NCBI GenBank assembly: GCA_040954595.2
Contig: CM082576.2
Coordinates: forward strand, 978,648-1,042,647
DNA from: Balanoglossus misakiensis
Taxonomy: Eukaryota > Animalia > Hemichordata
DNA length: 64,000 nt
Direction of reading: 5' to 3'
Position 1 is the first letter of the stretch. Each line of letters begins with the position of its first letter. Under the pieces are notes generated by a model, which was given only the letters and a program-made list of their open reading frames with translations, searched no databases and was not told where the DNA came from. Shown piece by piece: positions 1 to 13,200 of the stretch. The translations under genes and the position numbers were made by a program.

Positions 1-54
1 CACACCACCTCCCATGGGACTTTTTCTTTTGGAGATTCCACTTTTTCCCTATAT

Positions 55-108
55 CCACCACCACCACCACCACCACCACCACCACCACCACCACCACCAC
101 CACCACCA
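55..108. repeat. (CCA)18 trinucleotide microsatellite
   Basis: Perfect CCA run read directly from the sequence. Confidence 0.97.
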
Positions 109-859
109 TGATTGGAACAAATAGCAACATTTTGCTCGGGGTTCAAATTAGAATAAACGCGCGCGTGTCCTATTGTACTTTTAACCAACCAGCGAGCGCG
201 TTATATATTATGACACGCGATAGTGAGGCTAATGAGAATATCTTGCGGGAACTTTTGTTTACTCTTGTTGTTTACTTGTACTTCAGGTTGAAACGAGGTC
301 ACTTGTACCTTGTTCCTCTGCAGGGGTTCGCCGTGTTGTACAATGATATTGTATACCCAGGACGATTCTGCTTTTAACAAGGAAAAAAACCTTAAAATTT
401 TGATTTAATATCCAACAATGTTTGGCCGGTCGCATCGCATGCCAGGACGTTATCGTAGCGCGATATTTGATTTCACTGTGGAAACCCCTTGTAATAATCA
501 GCTCGTCTGCTTATCTGGGTCAAATACTGAAATAGATCCTGCTGTGCTGTGATTAATTTGCATTGTGTAAATAGGGCGCAAAACACCGTTTATCGAGCGA
601 CACAACCGTTGAACCGGAAGAGCGAACGAAGGATGGAGAGAATTCCCGGGAAAAAAACTTAAGCGCTGCAAAATAGGAGACGAAGCATGCAAAGAGGACA
701 TTTTCAAACGCGTTGCAAACATTAAACAATACTGATCTTGCGTGGTTCTGGGGCGGCAACTTTCATTCATCTGTTCATATATTATGACACGAATCGTTTT
801 ACGTGTTTTCATATGTAAATAAGCCATGTCGTAATCAGTTGAGGTCAGCAGTCGTCGAC

Positions 860-1058
860 AAGGGTTGTCAAGTTGAACCAATCAGCGCGCGTGTCGTTGT
901 TGTGATGGGGGCGTCACCCATTGTTGTTCAGCTGATCCGCGTGTTACTTCATTCGCTCACCGACCAGTCAGCGGAGAACATCGTTTCCTAGACACTGAAT
1001 GGAAACTAACCCGTAGAATAGCCGGGGACGGAAAATGGTCCTTAATTTTTGATCTCAG
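860..1058 (+). promoter_or_regulatory. CpG-rich promoter and probable non-coding first exon of the FAM53-like gene
   Basis: CpG-dense island with CCAAT box (CCAATCAG, ~878) and GCGCGCG. A donor CAG|GTTAGA at 1058/1059 pairs with acceptor TTTCAG| at 1165. The transcription start site is inferred. Confidence 0.5.
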
Positions 1059-1264
1059 GTTAGAAGGGTTTTGCGTTTATATATCGGTACCAGATTTTGA
1101 TATTTTCTAAAATGGTTCTTTAGTTTTGTTTCTGTAGAAATATTTATGAATAGGCCCTGTTTCAGGTGTTTTATGACGGCTGGAACGAGCAAACTGGCTG
1201 CACCGCCAAGCTGGATCTGTATCCATCCGGAACGGCCTTAACTGCCTGTCCTCTGCAGTTGCAT

Positions 1265-4200
1265 ATGGATATGCTCAGGTTTCTTACTCAAAAATTGAAA
1301 TCCCAGTCTATCAATGAAGTTACGCCATATCATCCAAAGGTGGGTGTATGTCAGATTTCTCCGCAAATGTTTATTTTTGTCGAATTTCCGTACTTCTGTC
1401 TGCATGTCATTTTGAGTATGGTGGCCGCCATGCTGATCGTTCGATATTTAATTTTCTGTTGGCAGGAGGCCGAAAATGACGAGGACTTTAACTCGGATTC
1501 GGAGGAAGAAAATCAGGAATTACAACAGCTAACTAAAGGTATGTTTTTCTTTCTTATGGGTTGCTCTTTTATTATAATTCTGATGGCATGCAAGCTGATA
1601 AAACCACAGCTCGATCGTTACCGTGCCGTCTGTTTATCTTCACAGAAAGTCGACATGGCGGACAAATTTCGAACGGTACGCTAATGCCTCCAACTAATTC
1701 AGTTTCCATGTGCACAAAGCCCCACCAGCCATTAGAGGACAGGCCGTGTTTGACGGAAAATGTATTACAATTGTTATCGGAGAGAGACAGGCATAGTTCG
1801 GAAGAAGAACTTGCCGATATAGAAAAACAATGCAAAGAGAACCAGGCAGCGGAGAAGCGAAAATGGTCGCAAGCCAACCGCTGGAGTGTCAATGGCGAAA
1901 GCTCAGGGTCAAGCGATGATGAAGTGCGAGATTTGTGCTCAAAACCTGTGCCGGTTCTGTTTAGTTCATCCCCACCGAAACAGCTTCAAAGGTTGTGTCA
2001 CATGTCGCCCGGGAGTCAGGTTTTCTTGGCAAATGTTCGTCCGACCGCAGAGTCATCTCCAAGGAAACGGCATCGACAGGGTCTCGGAGATATTTCACCA
2101 CACCTCCTAAACCGACCCAGCCTGGACTTTGAGAAGATGCAACAGGTCTGTATTATAATACACCCTACTGCATAGGAATTATTATTTTCAAATAACCTTA
2201 TTGGTCACGTGTATTATAAAACTATTTTGAAGAAGTTGGAATTTAACATCACCGTATATCCCAATAATCCAAATAATTCATGATTATAACGAAAAGGATT
2301 TTCCGCATAAAAGTGCTTCTGTCGACAGAGCTCAATCTTTGATACACAATTTGCTGGTGTATGTGATAAAAGTGTACAAAAACTAACTGACAGTGGTAGA
2401 TAAGAGAAACCGGAAGCAAAGTAGTAAAAGGAAACCATATCTGCATGGAATTTGGCGCAAGAAAACCATGCCACCAATGTTGAACGCGCATAATATTAAT
2501 ACACAGAGATAGGAGCTGGCCATGCAGTCTCCCACGCCTCATGCCATACCATGCTGTGTGGTAAGCATGTGTGCAGGTCAAAATGAGCGTAATAGTTCCA
2601 TGTTTAGAAATGATATCATCCTGGACATCTGGCTTCTCTTCTGAAAAATGGGAAAACACTGAAGGAAGCGGTTTTCATTGACGCAATGTTTCAGAATGAC
2701 ACCTTTTCAGATTAGGAATTCCTGTGTCTCATTGCTTGCATTGTGTTTGTAGTAGTCTTGGAAGCGTGCCAAAGGCAAAACACAAAGTAGGTTGGCCTTG
2801 GATGAAACTCTGTTGAGCTATATCCATAGACGGAGGGAAACCTCAACTCTGGCTGCCTACACAATACAAGTCGGTGTCACGTTTCAGCAAGGACGTTTTT
2901 CCCCTTTAAATTTTGTAAATATATTGTTGAGACGAGAGTAGCATGGTTTTGAGATTGTATTACTCTGAAGTTAACAGATCTCTTGGTATGTAGCAAGGGG
3001 TAGAATTGTTGGTCTAAAGGTAGAGTTACTTTTTGGAAGTCAGTGTTATGTGGATGGCAACAGTCAACAAATACCATCGAATTGTCAGAAGCTATGAGGT
3101 GTGTGGACAGTGGAGCCTGTCCTGTTGTCCCAGTTTTCTGGTTGAAGTTCAAAAAAACATTCCAGGGGAAATCCTTGTGAATTCAGAAAATTAAGTTGAC
3201 TGCGTCTAGCGGATTATGTTATGCTTTTTGAACTTTGGCTGTTTATGTCTGGTCTCAGAGAATCACAACTTGCCAGACCCTGTTGCCATTAATCAAAATA
3301 AATATGACATGAACCTGTGTAATGTATGTTCTCTAGTCACCACAGTTATGAGGATTTAAGGAGATGACTGGTTTAAGTTTTCTGAAAACCCTGATCGATC
3401 AGTTGAAAAGGATCAGTGGCATAGCACTAGCACTAGTTGTCTGAGGGAGGCGATAGTTGGAGGTGTGCCAAAAGAGACCATGCTGTAGTTGTGAATTTCC
3501 AAGTAGGCCAGCCCACACAGATTTTGTGCATGTGCGGCATTCGCGGTCATTTGCATCACTTTAGAACAGTGGTAAATACATTGTAATTTATTGTGATGTT
3601 CCTGTATACTTTGTGCAATTATTTGTATGTATTCTGGTGATTAGGCAACTCGACTCTTTTCAGTTGTTTTCAGTCACTATTATCTGTAGGTGTTGAAATC
3701 CAACAAGCAGAAAAGTCATCGTAGATAAATTCAAATCCATGATACAGAATGGACTGCTTTTTTGTCTGATGCAAGATGTGAACATTTTGATTATATTTAG
3801 CTGATTGGGTGTTTGCTAAAATTATGAATAATTCAGCAGTTTGGGCTTGTGCCTTCTTTTGAGTGTGTAGCCACTGATCACATGTCAATCAAGTCAAAAG
3901 CAACAGGGAGCTGTGGCAGTCCTAATGTTCGAATAATTTTGAAATTATCTGGGTACAGCTTAATAGTGTGATTTGGGTGGTTTATTCATCATGTGTGGCA
4001 AGATGAGGGTTGGTTGGAGAACATTTATTATCACATTTTCACACTATTGATTAGTATATGAAACATTCGAACAACTGCTACATATTATGAACAGGGGCCC
4101 CTCATAATGCTAGTTGAAAAACAAAACCTTTACTCTAAATCAGAATGCCTGGAGGATGCTATGACTTGAAGCTTTTGTATGCTCTTTTAAAATGGCATGC

Positions 4201-7200
4201 GTTTCTGACACGAGAGTTGGCATTGGCCTCCTTTGCTGTGTAATTTGTTTCATGACAATGAGAACCACTAGCTGTGCATTGGAAACTTGGCTGGGTGCCA
4301 AGCCAGTGTGTAATAGCGTAAATGACATCAACAATGCTATGTATGGTCTTCCTTCCGAGGGGCTGCTATGTGCTGGGAAATGAATTTAAGCCATGTGTGA
4401 TCAAAATCTGAACAAACTGCTCCTCTTTGCCATTCTCCCAATCAGTCAGATGATCTCTGATCAATCAATCAATCAATGATTGTATGTGTAGGTAACAATG
4501 AATCAACATGGTTAAATGTGGATTAATTATTCAAATAGGGACGGGAAGGACCTGACCCTTCCTGTATTTATTAGTGAAGGTTACTGTGAATTTGGCTGGA
4601 TGCCCAGATCAACAAACAAATTACCATATTTACACATCACTCTTAGGAAACTGCAGGTAGAGCCATGTTGTGTCCAATGAGTAACAAACAGCATTGCACA
4701 TGCAGACGCAATTATATATATTTTATGTCATCGTTATTTTTAGATTTTACAGGCTGAATATGTCATGCAATTGGCCACCACACATACAGCTTGTTGGATT
4801 TATTATATTTCCTGCTTGAATGCATTTATTCATTGTGAGTAAGACAAGTGCTCTTAAACTGAAAACTCTACTCTGGATTTTACTGGCCACCGCCAAGAAG
4901 AAATATTCCGTTCTATTTCAAGGATGTTGAAGTTGTTTGATTTAATTTCAGAAGGAAAGTGAGAAATGTTTTTTAAAGTGGTTTTTGTATGATTTCCTGA
5001 GGATATTGCAGCAGAGAGAAGCGTTATTAGTGAAGAGTATATAAAATTTGTAGTAGATGTACGTGCAAGCGTGGGTCCATGATGGCTGTTTGCCAAACAT
5101 TATGATCTGTATTGCCTGTTAATGTTAATGTAAAAGTGTGGCAACACAAAGGCTGCCCACCCCATTATAATAGTTTGGTCCAAACAAGTTGACTTTCTGT
5201 TTACTTGGCCAATGTCAGGATTAAAAATGGAAACATACTACATGTTCATATGTCACCAGCTTTTGGGAAGTGCGTGTCATTGCTATAGCATTGAAATAGT
5301 TTCATCCTCCCCAAGCACCCAGTGATAGCCCAGAGGAAATCCTGTCTATTATCAGCACTAATGAATGGTTACAAATGTTTCTAATAAATAATCTAGCTAC
5401 ATTTAGTACTAGAACTCTTTTAAATGGTTTCGTGACATCAGCAAGTACCCCCCCCCCCCCCACAATATCTCTGCCTCCTTCAAAAATGAATGCTCACACA
5501 AGGTAACAGTAATCCATCTCTCTCTCTCTCTCCAAATTCTTCAGTGGATGTTCTGCTAAGGTTCCATCTGTGATTTGTGAATATTTTTCATGTGAACCTG
5601 AATGTTTCCTCCGGGGATTCAAAAAAAGAATACTGTCACGTGGAAGATGGAAATTGGTTTTAACAGATTAGCTAGATGCAAACTCCCTGCCCCCTTTCAC
5701 AAGTTCCAGGAGTGAATGAGTTTATTATTACTCAGAAAATAATAGAATTAATAGAAGATCGGTGAGAATGTGCCAGCATGTTGCCTGGATAGATAAGCAG
5801 ATTTGTAAAGCTTATAGAAAGGCCTTACAACACACACTCTTGCTAGATGTGTCTGTATACATCATTGATTTTTTTTTTTTGAGTTGCAGAAGAAAACGGG
5901 TAGCCATAGCCTTATGCCATTCACATGATCTTGTTTTTTCTGTCCGTGTATAGTTAGTTTTTAGCGGATATTTTTTTTACGTCTCTATGCAGAATAAAAA
6001 AAAAAATGTTTAAATTCAGGTAACAAATGATATAAAAACAAGCTATGGACATGCCTACATGTCACGCTGTTTTTAGGTAATGCTGAACTCATTTTAAACT
6101 GATCTCATTTGCCCAGGCTTTCCGTTGTAGTTAAGAGGTCTTAAAGGTAACAATTCCAGTTTTTTTATGGAAGTCTTTCAGTTGTCTAGAAAAGCCACTT
6201 AATTTTTTTTCCACGGGCATTTGTACTTTTTAGTACCAAGGGTAGTGAATACTTAATTGGTAGGCCGTGGCTAGTGTTAAAAGTCATTGGTCACATGGTG
6301 TATAGAACATTATAGAACTCCCTAATAATAGCGTATTCGCATGGTGGAAGTTTGGGTTTGTTTGTTGTCTTATGATCCATGTCACTAGTCTCTGCTGTTC
6401 ATGGCTTCACACTTCAACAATTGTCAGCTAGTGATAGTTTGTGTACAAAGTTGAGACAAGACAACACCATGAAGGACATGTTTGTCCAAAAGAAATGGGC
6501 AGTTGGCCAGGTGGACTTGTGCCAAACTGCTGTGGGGGTCATGTCTTTCTGTCACATTTTTTAGGGTGACCGCGTGGTCAGTGCACACGTTTGTCTGTCT
6601 CCTCGCTCCAAAAATATTGATGATTTCACTCGGGTTGTTGTGAACTTTGGTTGTTTGCCAAGAAATGATGCAAGCTTGAGATTTAAAGCTAGTCAATCAA
6701 TGACCCATCCAGTCAACATACTTCAATTAAGGAGAGACCCAAGGATCACAAAAGAGATCTAAACTGGGTGTTCAAGCTTTGTCCAAGAATGGCAGATTTC
6801 TAATCAAATCAAACTTGAATTTGAACAGACGCCCAGTTCTCTAATGTGTGGACTAATTGCGCAAATTTATGAATTTGGGGAAAAAATGTGTTAAGTAACC
6901 ATTGAATGGGAAAGGGCATTGCAAGTATTGATCTTGAGAAGAAAGACAGACGAACACTTGGGAATCAATTATTTGTATGCCATTTTTACATTCATCAAGC
7001 CACGTCATGCTGCCGCAATTACATTGATTGCTTTTGCGGAGCAGTAAGCTTTGTGAAAAAAAGAAATAGGGAAAGAAAGTCACATGGGTATCACCCTTCT
7101 CATGACATCAAAGATGACCTGTTTTCAGTGTGTTAAAAAGAGCTACTGGCAATCATACCACTATTGATTTTTCCATGGTAATCGGAATGGTACAGTCTTG

Positions 7201-10200
7201 TGGGAATGTCAATTCCATACTTATTGAGTAAAGGATGGGAAAAATGCCATATCAGTCAGTCTTTTTTACAAGCCACAGAAAAAAGTGACCTCATAAATCA
7301 TGTTTTTTTTCGGTTTGTCTTTTTTGTGTGTGTCATATTGGCTTCATTCAGATCTAAGGCCATTTCAAATTACTGTAAATCACCTAAGCTGAATTCCTAT
7401 CGATTTAGTTACTTGCAAGGACTGTTTGTGTGGACATGTTATAATTTGCTCTGAGTACGTGTACAGGCAGCATTCCTCTCAGAAATAAGAAAACACACCT
7501 CTGTTTTTATAGATCTCTCTGTGCTTTTGTGCTGCGTGAAAATAGTTTGGGTGAATTCCACATGTTAGTTTGGAAGGACAATGGTGATTTAAAGATCCAG
7601 GCATGCTGGCAAGGAGCACCAAGTGTATTTATCCAAGCAAAAGACTTGTTTGAATAATAATAGCCATGTAATTGATCGTATTCTTTGTAGTGAACAGTTC
7701 TCAGCTTTACATGTAAAACTTTTAGAGGCACACTAGACAGAATCAATACGGTATTAATTACTGTGAATTTCTTTCTTTTTTCTTCTTCTTCAGAAAATGA
7801 TGTTCAAGAAGCATGGGCATGGAGTCCGAGCGAGAGTGGTTAAGATTCGGGTAAGTGTGTCCAGACCCTTGAGTCTTTTTATATTCTGAATGGGAAGAGA
7901 ATATTTAGTGTAGGGGGGACATTTTTGTATACATTGGTGTCTCTTCCTAGGTAATGAATTGGCCCCTGAAAAGGTGGACAAGAGTCTTCACAAAGAAGTC
8001 CAGCCGAGTGAAAAGAATGGCAAAACAAAAGTGACCACAACACCATTGTTACTGGGTAAACAGTAAGAAAGAAAACCACCCTTGTATAACGTGGTCCTGC
8101 TGTCTCGCATAAGAAAAAAAAAAGATCAGACTGACAACTGACAATAGAAGGTTATTAGCAAGTTTTGAAAATACACTTTTGGCACTTACAAGACTCATAA
8201 ATACACTGCATAGAGAAGTGTTTAGTCCAAGAACTGAAAGTGCATCATTAGACTTCAAAAGAGAAGTATGTGTGGCTGTCTTTATGAGTAAGATTGGATT
8301 ACAGGAGAAATTTTTTTTTTTTGCCTGGGACACTTGTGACATGAGATTATGCTCACTTATTGATCAGAGAAGCGGTTCTGCTAGAACTTGCCTTTCTGTT
8401 CCTTGCACTACATAGTGCCTCAAGATGTCTGTTTGAGGGAGAGGGAGAGAGAGAGAGAAGAGAGTCTTGCAAACTAGCAGTCAGTGGGAGACTTTTTGTA
8501 TGCCCAAGGTTTTACTTTACATACAGCTGCTCTCAGTACATGCACTATTGAATGTGTTGGGCGAGAGGTGACTGTTTGAGGCCAGTGCAGTCAATGGGAA
8601 TAGCATGTGAGAAGGGGGCAAAGGTCATCCATCGGAAGTTTTCTGTCCTCCTGTCCCTTTCACTGTTCCACTCCCGCTTTTTGTGGTGTTTCTGTTGAAA
8701 CCTGTTTTGTGACTTGGGCAGTTAATTCTTGTTGCCATGAAAGATTCTTGAATAAACATAGCAATTTCTGGTTGTTGTAGATTTTCCCCGTCATACTAAC
8801 TGTAATACAACTGAAGATGTCAGATTATAAGGATAGAGTGAAAAGGATTGAATGAATCCAGACATTCCAGATTACTGAACTGTTGATCAGTTTCAATACT
8901 CTTGTTCAGATCTATTGAATATATAATTCCACTTGAGATTTTGTAACATAAAGGAAACTGAAACCAGTAATTATAATGAGAAAGGATTCCACAAAGTTGA
9001 AATCATGAAAATTGTGTCAAAGAGGCAGGTCACATAGATTTCTTGTTTAGGTTTAGACACATGAAACAAGATGGTCCGCTTTTATATGAATGAATAGTGG
9101 CATTGTATGAAAGATGTGCACGTACATCTCAACAAAGTTATGACGAAAACTGTTTGAGAGCTGAGCTTGCATGGTGTGGGTTTTCTTCCCTAGTGGCTTT
9201 CCAATGAAAGCAGCTGTAGCAGAGAAAAGCCTTGATGGCAGAGCAAATATGCAAACCACCCTTCCCAGCCTCTCCACTGCTTTGAACTGCTGCTCCCAGT
9301 GATTTCAAAATAATTACAATGCAGATGAAAGCCAGTGGGCTACTCAAGGAGAGAAATGCAAATCCGTGGAAAATAGGGTTTTGTTTGTAGGGCAAGCATG
9401 GCACAGTTCCTTGACACTTTTGAATCCACAGTCAGAGGGGACGAAGACTGCAGAATCACCAGAGAGAAAGAGGTTTTGGTGTACGAGATATGTAGGCCCA
9501 GGGCAAGTCATCAAATCAGGCAAATCAAAGTTACATTACATCTTCTATGCTATCAGGACTCTTAAGGTTTCATAGTAATGAAGTAGTTTTCTATAGTGGC
9601 AGAATGTCTTGGCTATCTGATGACTGTCCCTTCTAAGTGTCTTCTTGCTCTCATGACAGCTGATGAAACAGACAAGGTCATAAACATTTCTCCAAGGCTT
9701 GTTGGGGACTTTCAAGTCAGATTGCTTCTTTATCTGATTCTTCTTGCTTTTCAGTGATGCAATTTTTTTCACATGGTAATCTAGCTTGTTCCTGCTATTT
9801 CAGAATTGTAAATGAGACGGAGGTCAGAGGTCATTGTCAAGAGAGCTGTCACAGATAAGATTAAGGTGATGAGCAAGAAACGCCCACCTGAGTTTTTAAT
9901 ACCTTTAGATAATTTGAGTATCTTTCGCAGGAATAAACTCGGGGTGTTCTGAATTATGGTTAGATGAGACTTTCTGTTTGATAGTAAAGATGTTCTGTGA
10001 TCATTACAGTGGGAAACGGGCCCAGTTGAATCACGGCAGAAATGATGTATTTTTGACAGTGATAATGGATATAGACTCTAACAAATTCTTTTTGCCATTA
10101 ATAAATCTCAGTTACCCAGAAAAATTTAAGAATCACTGATTGTTTGACAAGATTCACAGATTAAATTTATCAGAAATCTTGATATTGTCCACCACACAGT

Positions 10201-13200
10201 CACTGTCTGGGAAGCATTTTAATAATCAGATTACTTTGAAATAATCCAGAAGCAGCATCATGACTGGAACTGTGATACAAGTCATACATTTTGTGTTTCC
10301 CGAGTAAGTGAGAGCTGGGTTGGTGACACTGCTCATCACACTTGAATCTGAATCTGAATCTGATGTCAACTTGTACTGCAGCAGCTGCACCCAGTGCCTG
10401 GCGGGGCCATTTTCAATGGGGTTTAGCAATTTATATAGTTCAATTGCACTGGTATTAAATAGTTGGTAAATTTTGAAACTAAAATATATAAAAAAATTCT
10501 GAGTCCTTACATATTTCCTGCTGTTGCAGTGTCTATATTTGGAACAAAGTGTGCATTTCTGAGAAGTTCCAGCTGATTGCCATAACAACTGTGGAGATAT
10601 AAAAAGCTATGGACATCATGTGGGCAGATTATAATCATAGGATATCTTTGTATACATGTCATCTGCCCTCTTTTGCACTGTGTTCTCAAAACCTGACTAC
10701 GGTATTCAAATTTGTACAGAAACTGTTGAGTTTGCTCCTGAGGAAGACCCAAGCCTTTACTAGTAATTGGGTGAAATTCAAACCAACTTCTTTTGTGATA
10801 AGGCTAGGGTAGACCAGTGAATGTGTTTGGCTTTCAAAACAACTGCTTCTCTCTCTCCAACTATGCTATTCATTAGTGTGTGGCCCCCACTGTGTATGCA
10901 GTTCTTTGCTGGTTGGAATATGCTTCAGCAGGCCGTTGTGGTCTTTGATCAATTTGAAAAGCAGAAGTTTGCATAGCATGGAGTTTTTGTTTGAGTGGAA
11001 AGGCAAATGAGGGTTACTGTCCCTGTGTAACATTTTAATGAATGCTGTTTTAGGAATGAAAATGAAAGATTAACTTACGAATGCACGACTGTCAAAAAAT
11101 GAAAAAATAAACATAGGAGTGAATATTCCATTTCCTTTGATACTCAGTAATAAAAAAGTCTGAATACTTCCTTGCTGTTAATGTTTGTATTTTGTGATAA
11201 TTAACAAATAGCAATCAGTCATCAAGGTCCTCCAGAATTCTCTGCAGACTGGATAAAGTTATTAGCATATCAGTTGTGGATGCTGCTAACTAGCATTGTT
11301 GCATGACACAAGATGGCATGATTGTAGTCAGGAAGCAGAAAGATGTCATTCTCTGACAAGGTCAGTGGATCCAGTCAAAATTGACAGACAATTGACGCGT
11401 GAGTACTTTCCTGGGTAGGCCATGCCTTTATGATATTCTTTCATTCAAATTTGTTGGATTTTGCAGAGGCTTGGAGATGCAAATCGACCCTGTAAAAATT
11501 GTTGTTTCTCTTCTTTTTTTGAGCTTAATGGTTGTTTCACTGGAGCAAAGTGCCAAGAGGCAAAAGAATTAAGGCATCTCTCTCTATTTCTCTCCCACTT
11601 TCACTGCATCAATATTGCATCCATATTTAAAAGGTACATTTACAGCTGTGGCAAATGAGAATACATTGATAATAGGAGTAATCATCTCAAATGGTTGGAG
11701 GCAAGTCACAGCAAGGGGTTGAGGTTTGATGGCTTGTCATCTGTCTTTCATGGAGCCTTTTTTCTCACAACCCCCCCCCCCCCCCCTCCAGAGTGCACCA
11801 GTCTTGCTATAGTAACTAACCTTTAGTCCCTTGATTGACTCGCATCCCTGGGATCATGATTAAGACTTTGAAATTAGATACTCCTTCCAAAGGGCTGTCT
11901 GTTGTGACCTGCTTGCTTCCTCTTTAGATAAAAGGATGGATCAGCTTCTCATAACTTGTTAATAACTTGTGAAGTTGGGAGAAAAAATATCAGATTAATG
12001 TGTTGTCGCAACCGAGAGACTCCAGACTTGGAAGCAGGCCATCCTCGTGATGGGTGGCTCACATGTCCCATGTCTGTATCTGGCTGTTGTGTGAAGCAAC
12101 CTTGCAGGCTGATACTCATTCCATTTGCAGCTTTATTTAATCAGCAACAGCCAGTTGTATTCCCAAGAGATGTTTCCCAACACTGAAAAAAAATGGTTTG
12201 GATGTCTGGGTGTGGGAAACTTTCAAGGAGAGAATAAAGATAACATATAGAGATGTTTGCAAGCGGGTTTGACACATACTTTTGAACTGTTCAGGTGAAC
12301 TCCATTGCTTCGCTTTGTTGTGTCCTGGCATGAAAGAGATGTTGGTTGAATTTCCTCAGTCAGAAATGTTGGGTCCGGGAATCACGTAAAAACCTTTGCA
12401 AGCATAGCCTAGTATAATAATGTCATATAGTGAATGGTGTCCATGTTCTTGAATACCACTCAGTTGGACAGCATCTACTTGAATCAGTCATTCAAATAAT
12501 GCATCTAGGTCTCTCTATGCTTTCCTTGATCTTCGGAACAGAAAATTCTCCTGTGGAGTTTAATTTCCCCGTGTTTTTCATCATCTCTTGGATACATCCA
12601 TGCAACCAGCTAATTACAATAGCCTGGCGTGACACATTGGTTCATAGATACAACGCAGGGGCTGCCATATCATAATAGTTTAATGTTGTGGCTGATTTAT
12701 GAGTCAATTTCTTCAAAAACATATTTACTGGGTTTTTAATTTAAAAATGTAATAGTTTACACGAAAAATGTAATAGTTTACACGAGACCGTGTGATTCAC
12801 CCAAACTGGCATATTATTGGCACAGCATATCCAGTGCTCTGCAAAGATATTACATGTTTGGGTAGAAGAGGAAAAGGCATGTGTTCTGCAGGGGAAAAAA
12901 AGATATGAAGTCTTGTGAATGTTGGTGTAGATAATTCCCCTTTGAGTACAGGATTACAGGAAACTGTGAGCACAGGATGCAGGCAGGGAATTGAAATGTC
13001 ATCACATGCAGAGGATAAGAGAGATTGCTGCAGAAGTTATTCAAGGGACTGAAGTGAACCTAGAAAACTTTTAAAGGCAACCCGATTATTAATGGCCACC
13101 TGACAGGTGTGTGAAGGTTGTGCAGAGATGAGAGTGGAACGCCGGCAAACTTCAAACAAGTCTTCCTGTCAAAATGAGTAACTGTATTTGGGAGCAGCAG

